Shown here piece by piece: positions 18,986 to 31,755 of a stretch of 64,000 nucleotides of DNA. The translations under genes and the position numbers were made by a program. Position 1 is the stretch's first letter. Each line of letters starts with the position of its first letter. The notes beneath the pieces are model-generated. The model had not been told where the DNA came from. It saw only the letters and a list, made by a program, of their open reading frames with translations, and ran no database searches. The stretch is from an uncultured bacterium (lineage in GTDB: Bacteria > Patescibacteriota > Minisyncoccia > UBA6257 > 2-01-FULL-56-20), in assembly GCA_963807165.1 (NCBI GenBank), contig CAWDZM010000001.1:417521-481520 (forward strand). Reading direction: 5' to 3'.

Positions 18986-19684
18986 TTATACCGAATACGA
19001 TACAAGATCTACTCTAGAGACCAGCAAATTCGTTCCTGACTCCAAAGTGCATATGGAATTTCCGCCGTCGGTCGAGTCGACATCGCCCGTACCTCCCTGC
19101 GTTGTACTTCGCGCTCTCCGTCTTAGTGGAAAGCTTGTATGTAGTTGCCGCGCCCACATACGTGTAGACGTTGGTCGCCAGCTATCGACCGGATCCACAG
19201 GCAAGAGCACCGATAGGAGCTCCCGAACTGATCACATTGAAGTTGAGGGGAATCCATCCGGCACCCGTGATCGCACGCGCAGCGCTTCCGGCGGCTGCAC
19301 TGACGAGAGTGGTGCCACACCTGACGAAGATATCCCCAACCCGTACCAGAGTTGGTGTGCAAGTAGTGGCACAACCGGAGCTGTGGTAGAAGCGAGTGGT
19401 GGCGACTATCACCAGACTATCGGTCCGATAGGAATATCGTGCTGTCGAAGTTGTAGATCGGACCGACTCTGCACGTGGTCGTTGTCGACATCTTCAGAAT
19501 ACAACCCGATGGCGCTCTTCAGCGTTGCGAAGTCAGAGACACGGTTCGAGTCCCTCGACTGGCGCAAAAGTTCCGCCGGGTTAAGGGTCAAGATGACGAC
19601 GACTGCCAAGATTGCGATGATCGCGATAACGACCAACAATTCGATAAGGGTGAAGCCCTTCTGGTTTTTTAGATTTTTTCTCAT
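18986..19684 (-). pseudogene. Major type IV pilin; globular domain broken by multiple frameshifts (real or assembly artefact)
   Basis: KGFTLIELLVVIAIIAIL...NPAELLRQSRDSNR; downstream GWIPLNF, PVDP, YTY..YKL..ESAKY and DGG..ESGTNL blocks match the paralog at 25321 but lie in different frames. 3' end approximate. Confidence 0.8.
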
Positions 19685-19793
19685 GTTTTATCTTTTGATA
19701 GATATGTTAGAGAACCTCGACCTTTTATTCTCTTGCTTTCATTATACGATACCCTAGGAAATGAGCCATGTGGATAAAGTCCACCCCTAACTT

Positions 19794-20537
19794 TTATAGA
19801 GCAAACTCCGGCGGAAGCGGCGCCTCGAACTCAAAGCGATTCCCCGCGTCATCCGAAAACTCCAGCGCCGCGGCATGGAGCATAAGGCGTGGCCGATCAA
19901 CGATTTCTCCGTGGCGCGCATTGCGCACCTTCTTTCCATACAGCAGATCCCCCACGATCGGATGCCCGATGCTCGCAAGATGCACGCGGATCTGGTGCGT
20001 GCGCCCGGTTTTGGGATTCACTTTGAGTAACGCGCGGCGTTCGCCATCTCCACCCGCGTTCGCAGGCGCATCAATTTCCTTCACCACTTCATACTCCGTC
20101 ACCGCAGGCTTTGCCATTTTAGAAGAATGAATGCTCCGCTTAAGCGATCCGTTTTTTATTCCGATCGGCGCGTCAATGATCCCTTTTTTATTTTTCGGCA
20201 CGCCCTGCACCACCGCGAAATACGTTTTATGCATCCGATGTTCCTGGAATAATTTTTTGAGGTGCTCAAACGATGCCTGCGCCCTCGCAACGATCATCAC
20301 GCCGGACGTCGCCTTATCCAAGCGGTGAACGATGCCCGGCCGGAGCACCGGCTCATCGCCCACATTCACCATCTCCGGATACCGCGCAAGCAACCAGTCC
20401 ACGAGCGTCGGTTCCGCCGCGCGCGCTGGATCAAGCCGCCGCGCATCGCTCACCCGCGCCGCGTGCACCATCAACCCCGCCGGTTTGTTCACGACGACAA
20501 AATCCTTGTTCTCAAAAATGACTGCGGGGGCGTGCAT
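19794..20537 (-). CDS. RluA-family pseudouridine synthase
   Basis: VNKPAGL, HRLDKATSG, TGRTHQIRVH, GDLLYG. Confidence 0.96.
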   Translation of the reverse strand: MHAPAVIFENKDFVVVNKPAGLMVHAARVSDARRLDPARAAEPTLVDWLLARYPEMVNVGDEPVLRPGIVHRLDKATSGVMIVARAQASFEHLKKLFQEHRMHKTYFAVVQGVPKNKKGIIDAPIGIKNGSLKRSIHSSKMAKPAVTEYEVVKEIDAPANAGGDGERRALLKVNPKTGRTHQIRVHLASIGHPIVGDLLYGKKVRNARHGEIVDRPRLMLHAAALEFSDDAGNRFEFEAPLPPEFAL

Positions 20538-20578
20538 ATCTTCTTTATCCTACCTTTTTACTCACTTAAACTTCCAGT

Positions 20579-20706
20579 CGCACCACAGCAAGAAAGGCAA
20601 AGCTTTTTGGGAACATCTCGGAGGCACGAGGGTGCCGAGAGTAAGCGCGCAACCAGCAGGTTGCGACGCGGTTCCCAAAAAGCTTTGCCTTTCTTGCTAT
20701 GGTGCG
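20579..20706. repeat. Branched palindromic element, copy 2
   Basis: 20579-20614 against 20671-20706 (35/36; the exception is a G:U pair on the minus strand); right arm overlaps the tRNA-Ile 3' end. Confidence 0.9.
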
Positions 20707-20774
20707 CGCAGAAGGAATCGAACCTTCGACCTTTTCATTATCAGTGAAATGCTCTACCACTGAGCTACGCGCGC
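20700..20774 (-). tRNA. tRNA-Ile(GAT)
   Basis: Full cloverleaf, loop CT-GAT-AA, encoded CCA. Confidence 0.97.
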
Positions 20775-20791
20775 GCATCCTGACTGAGCGG

Positions 20792-20863
20792 TGCGCGATG
20801 GAGGGATCGGACCTCCGGCCTTCACAATGTCAATGTGACGCTCTACCACTGAGCTAATCGCGC
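20792..20863 (-). tRNA. tRNA-Val(GAC)
   Basis: Cloverleaf, loop TT-GAC-AT; T-loop TCCGATC. Confidence 0.94.
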
Positions 20864-20926
20864 AGACACTGCTCGCAGGCAAGGTTTATGATACTGTGGG
20901 CGCGGCGATTTTTCAATAGCGGGGCG

Positions 20927-21166
20927 CTATTGCGTGGAAGTAGACGAGGTGCTGACCACGATGCCACGAAGATCCAGCTTGGACGCGGCGGTCAGATCAA
21001 ATCCCGCCTGACTCGCCGGCGCGGGAGCAACGAGCCCCGCCTGAACCTCGGTAAAAATATCACTGACCGCCCACAGCGAAAATGTGGCGAGGGTGCCGAT
21101 GAAAATAACGGCGAGGGTGCCGATGACGAGGTTAGGATGCGAATGTAATATTTTTTTCATACCCAT
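20927..21166 (-). CDS. Small single-TM hypothetical protein
   Basis: Hydrophobic helix; follows the PilO-like gene. Confidence 0.7.
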   Translation of the reverse strand: MGMKKILHSHPNLVIGTLAVIFIGTLATFSLWAVSDIFTEVQAGLVAPAPASQAGFDLTAASKLDLRGIVVSTSSTSTQ

Positions 21167-21171
21167 AGGTA

Positions 21172-21705
21172 TTAATGGAAGAATAGCGTCCCCTGCCCCG
21201 TGACCTTTTCGTTTGTGCCGTCGTTCGTCATATCAAACGATGTAAGCGTTACTAAAAAATTGGAAGACTTTGCATTCATGCCATCCAAAAATGCAGTGAG
21301 GTCGGAGAGCGGTCCGTCGGCGGTGAAAGAGAATTGCGCCACGCCCGCCGTCGTTCCCGCCGATGGAACGACCGAACCTTGAAATGCCGCGTTCGCCGTA
21401 ACGTTATACTTTGCCCCGAGATCCGAAAGCCATTGCGGAAACGTCACGAGGCCGTACTGATTCGGAAGAAGCTGATCGATCGCCGCCTGATATTGCGCCG
21501 CCTGGGGAACCTGGCCTTTAAGCTGGGCAAGATGTCCCACGGCATCAGTATTCGTCTGGACCGTCGCGCGGGCGGTCGCGATCGCGTTCGCCTGATCAGA
21601 AAGGCTGCCGGAGAAAAATCCCATCGCCACCGCAGCAACGATGATACTTCCGATGATGATCCCGCCACCGATCCATAATTGCTTGGTAAAACGATCCTTG
21701 ACCAT
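21172..21705 (-). CDS. PilO-like protein
   Basis: N-terminal TM, coiled coil, QLLP, ferredoxin-like C-terminus; near the pilus locus. Confidence 0.65.
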   Translation of the reverse strand: MVKDRFTKQLWIGGGIIIGSIIVAAVAMGFFSGSLSDQANAIATARATVQTNTDAVGHLAQLKGQVPQAAQYQAAIDQLLPNQYGLVTFPQWLSDLGAKYNVTANAAFQGSVVPSAGTTAGVAQFSFTADGPLSDLTAFLDGMNAKSSNFLVTLTSFDMTNDGTNEKVTGQGTLFFH

Positions 21706-21797
21706 AATGCATTCATTATAGCTAAATCAGAAGATTAAATCACTATGAAATGATATTTCTTGATTCTTCGAAAATTTGCTACGCTCAAAATACTTTT

Positions 21798-22922
21798 ATG
21801 AACGAATCACATTATTATCATTCCATCGCCATCGCGACCCATAGCGGCTACGGATCGATGAAAAAATATCATCGGCACTATGGCAGCTGGAGGGCGGCGT
21901 ATGAAGCACTCGCGGAACATCCAGCGCTGCTTCCCGAAAAATCTTTGCCACTTCCCGATCCGCGCGAGGCGTACGAGCGCATGACGTTGTTCGGCATCCG
22001 GCTGGCGCTTCATACGTCGCCGGAATTTCCCGACGCGCTCCGGCATATTCCCTACCCGCCGCTTGCCATCTATCTGCGCGGCGCGGTGATAACGAACGAC
22101 GCGATGCTCGCGCCATCAGCCCGGTGTAGCGCGCCACCCACCATCGCAATCGTCGGCACGCGCCGCGCAAGCATGGATGGAAAAAAGATCGCGCGATATT
22201 TTGCGCGCGAACTCGCTGTAGCGGGATGCACCATCGCAAGCGGCCTCGCCTTCGGCATAGACGCAGCGGCGCACGAGGGCGCGCTCGATGCGTGCGGCGC
22301 AGGTTTAAGCACAGCGCGGAATACCAGCGCCCGCGCCGCCGCCACCATCGCCGTCCTCGCCGGAGGATTAGACGCGGTCTACCCACACTCGCACCGCGCG
22401 CTCGCCGAGCGAATCCTTGCAAGCGGTGGCACGCTCATCTCCGAATATCCGCCCGGCGAACCACCACTCGCGTATCGATTCATCGAACGCAATCGGATCA
22501 TGAGCGGCCTCTCGCGCGGCGTACTTATCGTGGAAGCGCCGGAGTCTTCCGGCGCGCTCGCCACCGCGCGCTACGCGGTGGAGCAAGATCGAGAAGTGTT
22601 CGTCGTGCCCGGCGCGGTGAGCTCCGCGAACTTCAAAGGCTCGCATGCGCTTATCCGTCAAGGGGCGGAACTCGTCACCACGCCGAATGATATTTTTGAT
22701 GCATATAACATTGATAAAAAGAAAAATATCAACGGGCATATCGCCGCCGCATCGCCGGAAGAAACCCTTATTTTAAAAGCGCTTACAGAGATATGTGTAC
22801 CTGCCGATGTTGACAAACTCATCACATTGACTAGACTTGAACCCCGCGTGGTCAATCAGACATTAAGCTTCCTTTTACTGCGCGGAAATATCAAAGAATC
22901 GAACGGAGGGTATACAATATAA
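21798..22922 (+). CDS. dprA: DNA-processing protein DprA
   Basis: AIVGTR, SGLAFGIDAAAH, ISEYPPG, RNRIMSGLS; upstream of topA. Confidence 0.96.
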   Translation: MNESHYYHSIAIATHSGYGSMKKYHRHYGSWRAAYEALAEHPALLPEKSLPLPDPREAYERMTLFGIRLALHTSPEFPDALRHIPYPPLAIYLRGAVITNDAMLAPSARCSAPPTIAIVGTRRASMDGKKIARYFARELAVAGCTIASGLAFGIDAAAHEGALDACGAGLSTARNTSARAAATIAVLAGGLDAVYPHSHRALAERILASGGTLISEYPPGEPPLAYRFIERNRIMSGLSRGVLIVEAPESSGALATARYAVEQDREVFVVPGAVSSANFKGSHALIRQGAELVTTPNDIFDAYNIDKKKNINGHIAAASPEETLILKALTEICVPADVDKLITLTRLEPRVVNQTLSFLLLRGNIKESNGGYTI

Positions 22923-22946
22923 ACAATTCACTCTATATATAAGGAC

Positions 22947-25229
<2,283 letters not shown>

Positions 25230-25320
25230 CCTACACCGGCGCGCTCCGATATAGGAATGTCCACTCGCTTACCGGTGTAGGTTATTTTTTTACCGTGCGA
25301 GGTATAATAGAAATATCAAC

Positions 25321-27300
25321 ATGAAAAGAGGATTTACCCTTATCGAGCTCCTGGTTACCGTCGGCATCATCGCATTGCTTGCGATCGTGGTGGTTGTCGT
25401 CATCAATCCCGCCGAACTGCTCAAGCAAGGGCGCGACGTCACTCGTGTGTCCGATATGAGCACGCTCACCAAGGCGATCTCGCTCTATTATCAGGATGCG
25501 ATGAGCAACCCCAACACGCTGTTCATGGGAACATCTTCCCTCGTATACGTTTCCGTCCCCGACCCGGCAGCAACCTCGACCGCCGGAGATCAATGCCAGG
25601 GGCTCGGCCTTCCGTCGGCGCCGTCGGGTACCATATACCAATGTGCGCCGTCTTCCACTTATAAAAAGACCGACGGCACCGGATGGATCCCGATCAATTT
25701 CAATTCTTATTTATCCGGTCAAGGCGGATCGATCATCTCCACCCTCCCCACCGATCCAAAAAACGCTACCTCGACCAACTTCTACTATACCTATACCACC
25801 GACGGGATCGGGGGGTTCAAACTAGCGGCATATCTAGAATCACAAAAATATTCTCCACAGATGACGACCGACGGCGGCATCGATCCTCTGACGTATGAAA
25901 AAGGAACCAATCTTGCGCTCGCGTTAGGACGCACGTTCGGAGCAACCAATCCTTCCCCGACCCTCGCTTCCATCAGCCCGAATGCCACGAGCACCGGCGG
26001 CGGCACATTCACCCTGACGGAAAATGGCTCAAGCTTTGTAAGCGGCGCCACCGTCAACTGGAACGGCAGTGCCCTTTCGACCACATATGTTTCCGCTTCC
26101 CAGCTTACCGCCACCGTTCCTTCGGGCGATATCGCGATCGCGGGAAGCAACTTCGTCACGGTCACCAATCCCACGCCGGGCGGAGGTACCTCGGGCAGTG
26201 CGACCTTCTCGGTCACGGGTGCCAGTGGCTACGCCTACGATCGCGCCATCACCGTCAGCGCCAATACCAACATCGCTTCCGGCACGGAATCAAATTTCCC
26301 GATGCTCGTCTCGAGCACGCTCGCCTCATGGGAACCGACCTCTCTTGGCGGCCATATCCAGAATCTTGTGACCGCGCCGAACGGCGGCACCGAACCGGCC
26401 GATCTCATTTATTCCACGTCCTCTTACTGCACAAGCCCTCTCAGTTTCGAAACCGAAAGCTACGTTTCTTCTACGGGGGCGCTCGTTGATTGGGTAAAGG
26501 TTCCTTCCCTGGCGGCTAGCCAGGTCATCTATGCGTGCTATGGAAACTCATCGGTGACAACAGACCAAAGCCATCCTAGTTCAACGTGGAATAGTACCTA
26601 TGCGGGAGTGTGGCACGTCGCCAATCCGACGAGTAGCGTGAGTACCTATGACTCCGTTACGGGAGGAGGCGGAACAAACAATGGACCAGTCGAAACTTCC
26701 ACGGGACAAATTGATGGCGCGGGCATATGGGGCACCCACAGTACGGATGGTATTACCACCGACCTCAATAGTAGTTCCACGCAGCGGAGCTATTCCATTT
26801 GGTTCAACGCGAGCGGCGGTGGCGGTGGTTCTCTCGGCCGCTTATGGGATAAGCGGGTAAGCGGAGCGCAGATCGATGAAGCATATTTTGGGAATGACAG
26901 CAGTATTATTGGAATTGTTTATGCTCCCACGTGGAGTGGAGGGGCGGCTGGATGGGTATGGACAAACGGCGGCACGGGCGGCCCAACCCTTAACACATGG
27001 TATTACCTCACCATTACCTACAACAATTCAAGCGTATCTAATGCCCCTATTTTCTACATCAATGGGGTTGCCACTTCAACGAGCGTGGCGATCTCCCCAT
27101 CAGGAAGTCCTACTTACAACACTGACGATTATGTTATAGGAAACAGAGCAAATGACTATGCGAGGAACTGGCAGGGAAAATTAGATGAATTTGAAATTGC
27201 TAATACCATTTTTACCCCGTCATGGGTTTTGACCCAGTATAACAACCAAAATAGCCCTTCGACGTTCTATTCGGTAGGGAGTGAGGGCACCCCGAACTAA
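25321..27300 (+). CDS. Pilin-anchored multidomain adhesin (pilin, IPT/TIG, DUF2341-like, LamG-like)
   Basis: RGFTLIELLV; PTLASISP..VTNPTPGGG; NFPMLV..WVKVP..YGN; GKLDEFEI. Confidence 0.88.
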   Translation: MKRGFTLIELLVTVGIIALLAIVVVVVINPAELLKQGRDVTRVSDMSTLTKAISLYYQDAMSNPNTLFMGTSSLVYVSVPDPAATSTAGDQCQGLGLPSAPSGTIYQCAPSSTYKKTDGTGWIPINFNSYLSGQGGSIISTLPTDPKNATSTNFYYTYTTDGIGGFKLAAYLESQKYSPQMTTDGGIDPLTYEKGTNLALALGRTFGATNPSPTLASISPNATSTGGGTFTLTENGSSFVSGATVNWNGSALSTTYVSASQLTATVPSGDIAIAGSNFVTVTNPTPGGGTSGSATFSVTGASGYAYDRAITVSANTNIASGTESNFPMLVSSTLASWEPTSLGGHIQNLVTAPNGGTEPADLIYSTSSYCTSPLSFETESYVSSTGALVDWVKVPSLAASQVIYACYGNSSVTTDQSHPSSTWNSTYAGVWHVANPTSSVSTYDSVTGGGGTNNGPVETSTGQIDGAGIWGTHSTDGITTDLNSSSTQRSYSIWFNASGGGGGSLGRLWDKRVSGAQIDEAYFGNDSSIIGIVYAPTWSGGAAGWVWTNGGTGGPTLNTWYYLTITYNNSSVSNAPIFYINGVATSTSVAISPSGSPTYNTDDYVIGNRANDYARNWQGKLDEFEIANTIFTPSWVLTQYNNQNSPSTFYSVGSEGTPN

Positions 27301-27320
27301 AAAATCCGTAGTCCACGATT

Positions 27321-29096
27321 ATGACCGTCAAAGAAATTGCAAAGAAAGAACCGGGAAGCCTTATCGGCCGCGCATATGCGTTTGCGGAGAAGGCCCACGC
27401 TGGGCAAAAAAGAAAAACTGGGGAGCCCTATTTTAATCACCCCCTCGCGGCTGCGGAAATATTGCACTCATGGCATCTGGACGATGCGACCATCGTGGCG
27501 GGAATATTGCACGATACCGTAGAGGATACGGGCGTGCCGCTCGAGACCATCAAAAAGGAATTCGGCGCCGAAGTGGCGTTTCTTGTGGACGGCGTCACGA
27601 AACTCGGGCATATTAAATATCGCGAAGCGCCGGTGGCAGCCGAAGCCGGCAATACTGGTAAAGCAATGAAAGCGGCAAAGAAAGGAACCGTAAAGCAGAT
27701 CGCGGAAGAGAGCAAGGCGGAAAATCTGCGCAAGATGGTGTTGGCGTTAAGCCAGGACCTACGCGTGGTCTTCATTAAACTCGCCGACCGAATGCATAAC
27801 ATGCAGACGCTGCGATCCCTGCCACCCGCCAAGCAAAAACGCATTGCGCTCGAAACCGACGAAATCTACGCCTCGCTCGCCTACCGGCTTGGTATGCACA
27901 ACGTGAGCGGCGAACTCCAGGATCTTGCGTTCCCCTACCTCCATCCGCGCGAATACGAATGGCTGATGCGCGCCGCAAAGGAGCGCTATGCGGAACGCGC
28001 CGCATATCTGGAGAAAATAAAGCCTCAGCTCAAAAAAATCTTGGAGACGCACGATATCAAACCGCTCGATATCGAGATCCGCGCCAAGCGCTACAGCAGT
28101 CTCTATAAAAAATTATTGAAGCGCGATATGGACATCGAACGCGTGCATGACCTCGTTGCCATGCGTATCATCGTCGCCACGCTGCCGGAATGTTACGCCG
28201 CGCTCGGCGTCATCCACGAGGCATGGCCTCCGCTTCCGCGCCGCATCAAGGATTATATCGCCATGCCGAAGCCGAACGCCTACCGTAGCCTGCACACCAC
28301 CGTGATCGGCCCCGAAGGCAAGCGCATGGAGATCCAGATCCGCACCAAAGAGATGCACGACGAGAACGAATACGGAATAGCCGCGCACTGGCTTTATAAA
28401 CAAAAAAAGGCAGGCGCGATGATATCGGGAAAGAAACTCGCGCAGGAGATCGCGTGGGTCCAGCAGCTCAAGAATTGGCAGGAGCATTTTGCCGGTGCCG
28501 CAGAAGATCCCGAAGAGTTCGTGCGCGCGATGAAAATTGATTTCTTCACCGACCGCATCTTCGCCGTCACGCCGCGCGGTGACGCCATCGATCTCCCCGT
28601 CGGCTCAACCCCGATCGACTTCGCCTATCACGTCCATTCCGAGATCGGCAATTCGGCGGTCGGCGCCAAAGTGAACGGCGTCATGAGCACGCTCGACCAC
28701 GTTTTGAAATCCGGCGACGTCGTGGAGATCATCACGCAAAAAGGGAAGAAGCCCTCGGAGGACTGGCTTCGCTTCGCGAAGACCACGATTGCACGCAATC
28801 ACATCCGCATGGTGCTGCGCAAGAAGAACACGTTCGGCGCATCGCTCAATCTCCCCACGCATGCCGAGCTCAAGATGACCGTGGAAGATCGCGTCGGCCT
28901 TATCAAAGATATTTCCGGTTCCATCGCCCAAGTGCACATCGGCATCATGAGCTTCCACACCGAACCCGCCACAGGAAAACGGTTCCATATTAATAAAATT
29001 GAGATCTCGTCGACCGACAAAAAAAAGATCGAAAAGCTTCTGGAAAAATTACAAAGGATCAAAGGCGTGAAGGAGATCGGCTACCGGGTGATATAA
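27321..29096 (+). CDS. RelA/SpoT family (p)ppGpp synthetase/hydrolase
   Basis: HDTVED, KLADRMHN, KDYIAMPKPNAYRSLHT, EIQIRT, TGS and ACT domains. Confidence 0.97.
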   Translation: MTVKEIAKKEPGSLIGRAYAFAEKAHAGQKRKTGEPYFNHPLAAAEILHSWHLDDATIVAGILHDTVEDTGVPLETIKKEFGAEVAFLVDGVTKLGHIKYREAPVAAEAGNTGKAMKAAKKGTVKQIAEESKAENLRKMVLALSQDLRVVFIKLADRMHNMQTLRSLPPAKQKRIALETDEIYASLAYRLGMHNVSGELQDLAFPYLHPREYEWLMRAAKERYAERAAYLEKIKPQLKKILETHDIKPLDIEIRAKRYSSLYKKLLKRDMDIERVHDLVAMRIIVATLPECYAALGVIHEAWPPLPRRIKDYIAMPKPNAYRSLHTTVIGPEGKRMEIQIRTKEMHDENEYGIAAHWLYKQKKAGAMISGKKLAQEIAWVQQLKNWQEHFAGAAEDPEEFVRAMKIDFFTDRIFAVTPRGDAIDLPVGSTPIDFAYHVHSEIGNSAVGAKVNGVMSTLDHVLKSGDVVEIITQKGKKPSEDWLRFAKTTIARNHIRMVLRKKNTFGASLNLPTHAELKMTVEDRVGLIKDISGSIAQVHIGIMSFHTEPATGKRFHINKIEISSTDKKKIEKLLEKLQRIKGVKEIGYRVI

Positions 29097-29106
29097 AAAG
29101 GTCCTG

Positions 29107-30238
29107 TTAATACTGGCCGCCTCTTTCGTTCTTCAACTTCTCAAGGATATTTTTGAGCTCCTCTTCCGAAAAGAACGTGATGGTGATCTTGCCGTTGTTC
29201 GCGTTCTTGCTGATTTCAACGGGTGCACCGAGCGAAGTGCTCAACTCATCCTGCATCGCCTTCACTTCCGGCTCAAGATGCATGGCCTGAAGCGGCGGCC
29301 GGCCACGCCGGTGCGCAACGGATCCACCCGCCGCAACCGTGCCCGCGAACGTGCGCTGAACCCGCTCCTTAACATCACGCGTCGTCAGTTTGTTCTGAAT
29401 GATATCTTCCAACAACGCCTTTTGCGCCACCGAGTCTTCGATCGCGATCAACAGCCGCGCGTTGCTTTCGGAAAGCTGGCCTTCTTCCACCGCACGCTGG
29501 ACGTATTCCGGAAGATCGAGCAAACGCACCGCATTTGCCACCACCTCACGGCTCTTGCCGAGCTTGGCCGCGATCTCACGCTGGGTCATGCGGAACTCTT
29601 CTTGTAGACGTTGGAACGCGCGCGCCATTTCGATCGGATTCAAATTTTCACGTTGGATATTTTCGATAACCCCCAGCTCCAATTTTTCCCGCTCAAGATT
29701 GATATTACGCACGATCGCGGGAACGCGCGGAAGCCCGAGCATCTTCGCCGCCATGAAACCGACGCTCCCCCGCAATGATCTGATACGTGACTGCGATACC
29801 GGTCGACGTTTCTCTTTCCACCTTCGATACCACGAGCGGCTGAAGGAATCCAAATTCTCTTATTGAACTTGCGAGTTCATGGAGGGCGTCCTGATCAAAA
29901 TGTCGGCGCGGTTGATCCGGGTTCGGCGTGATCTTTTCGATCTCAATATGAAAAATAGATTCCTGCGCGAGATCGTCGCGCTTTTGCGGTTGTACTACCG
30001 GCTGTTGAACAGATTGTGTTACTGGCTGTACGGGTGGCACGAAACTCGGACGTGGTTGCGGCTGGGGTTGCGGCTGAAACGTGGGCGGTGTTGCCTGCGG
30101 TGGAAGCGCCTGCTCCACAGGCCGTCCTGGCAAAAAATTATCGCTACGCGCAGGCGCACCATCAGGCAACGCCGTACCCGAGCCTTGGCTCTGATTATTA
30201 TTTTTTGGTATCAACGATTCGAGTCCTTTTCCTAACAT
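29107..30238 (-). CDS. parB: Chromosome partitioning protein ParB/Spo0J (apparent frameshift near 29760)
   Basis: LGKGLESLIP, PNPDQPRRHF, IIAGERR, then ENIQRENLNPIE in another frame. Confidence 0.94.
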
Positions 30239-30248
30239 GATCTTAGAT

Positions 30249-31073
30249 TTAAATATTGAAGTTTCCAAAATTTTCGCTTGCGACCGGCGTTGCCGCTTCC
30301 CCGGCAAGTGTGATCTCCTGCGCGATCACCTCGCGCGCGAGCCGCTCATACGCCTGCGCGCCCGGCGAGTCGGGACGATACAAGATGATCGGCTTGGAAA
30401 AGCTCGGCGCCTCGGCGAGCGCAACCGCGCGCGGCACTTCCACCTCGAACACGTGATGAGGAAAATGACGCCGGATATTTTTCGAAACCTCGCGACTCAG
30501 ATGCTCGCGCTTGTCGTACATCGTGATCACCGCGCCAGACACGCGGATCGGGTGCGCAAGGTTGTCGCGGATTAAGTTGACCGTCTCGAGCAACTGACCA
30601 AGTCCTTCCAAACTATAATATTCCGTCTGCACCGGAATCAACACCTCATCCGCGGCCACCATGCCGTTCACGGTGAGCAGGCTCAAGCTCGGTGGAAGGT
30701 CGATCAGAATATAATCATAATCATGCCGTACGCGGTTAACAAACTTGCGCAAAAAATATTCGCGCTCCGGAACGTTCACGAGTTCCACGAGCGCGCCGGC
30801 AAGGTGTGGCGCCGACGGCACGTAGTGATAATTATAGATGACACTCGGCTTGATGATCTGCTCAGGCGTCAGCTGGTCAAGGATGCCATGATAGACACTT
30901 CCCTCGCCTGCCATCTGGTTATGACCGAGCGCCGAGCTCGCATTGGCCTGCGGGTCAAAATCGATCAGAAGCACACGCTTGCCTCCGGCGGCAAGATACG
31001 CTCCCAAATTTACGGCCGTGGTGGTCTTCCCGACACCACCCTTCTGATTACAGATCGCGATAACACGTGCCAT
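30249..31073 (-). CDS. parA: ParA/Soj family ATPase
   Basis: NQKGGVGKTTT, DFDPQAN, IDLPPSL, LAEAPS. Confidence 0.97.
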   Translation of the reverse strand: MARVIAICNQKGGVGKTTTAVNLGAYLAAGGKRVLLIDFDPQANASSALGHNQMAGEGSVYHGILDQLTPEQIIKPSVIYNYHYVPSAPHLAGALVELVNVPEREYFLRKFVNRVRHDYDYILIDLPPSLSLLTVNGMVAADEVLIPVQTEYYSLEGLGQLLETVNLIRDNLAHPIRVSGAVITMYDKREHLSREVSKNIRRHFPHHVFEVEVPRAVALAEAPSFSKPIILYRPDSPGAQAYERLAREVIAQEITLAGEAATPVASENFGNFNI

Positions 31074-31153
31074 GTTACCTTGATTTTACCTTTATAAATG
31101 ACTATTATCAATTGTGCCAGTGTGTCGAATAAAAGCACATTCGATAAACTAAT

Positions 31154-31237
31154 GCCCAGGTGGTGAAATGGTTATACACGATGGACTCAAAATCCATTGG
31201 CCGCAAGGCCGTGCGAGTTCGACTCTCGCCCTGGGCA
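31154..31237 (+). tRNA. tRNA-Leu(CAA)
   Basis: Cloverleaf with long variable arm; loop CT-CAA-AA. Confidence 0.96.
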
Positions 31238-31630
31238 CACAGTGAAAAATTGCAAATCCCCAGAAGCCGCCGCAAGCGGCTCGGCGGCCAGTGCGTATTG
31301 TAATTTGGGGGCAAACGAGAATTCGCGGTTTCGCAAAATATGGTTCGAGCTGATGTTTTTAAGAAATGTTGTCATTGATTTCGTATCTCCACTCTCAAGT
31401 AGTTTAGCGGCTTGATTAAGCGATAGAACGAACTCGCGGGCTGGTTCGAGCCATGACGCCCCTCTCTGTTTAATGTCCGATATTTTTTTCCTCAAGCCGT
31501 ACTTTTTCAGATACGATGCGATTTTTCTTGGCGGCGTACTCCGTTTTGGATAGGTCATCGGAAAGAAAAGCGTCCAGTAGTTTTTCGAGCTTGGCCTCGT
31601 GTTCCATTATTTCCGCCTTGAGGACGTCCA
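31238..31630 (-). pseudogene. Remnant C-terminus of a large serine recombinase-like gene
   Basis: Fragments KLEKLLDAFL, EYAAKKN, SWLEPAREFV in shifting frames, reading into the tRNA 3' end; no catalytic domain. Confidence 0.6.
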
Positions 31631-31755
31631 CCCATCTCTGGAAAGAGTGACTCCCATCCCATCGATATCTTGTATTTCTGTTAGTTCATGATATAGTCCG
31701 AGCAGTAGTCCAACTTCACTCATTCGCCTCTCTTAAGGAGGCTTCGGAGGACAAC

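Noticed and set aside
19047-19757. 236-aa plus-strand ORF and the many other antisense ORFs in the track
   Set aside because: Shadow frames of recognisable genes on the opposite strand.
19769-19777. Perfect DnaA box TGTGGATAA as oriC
   Set aside because: Single copy; no cluster and no dnaA nearby.
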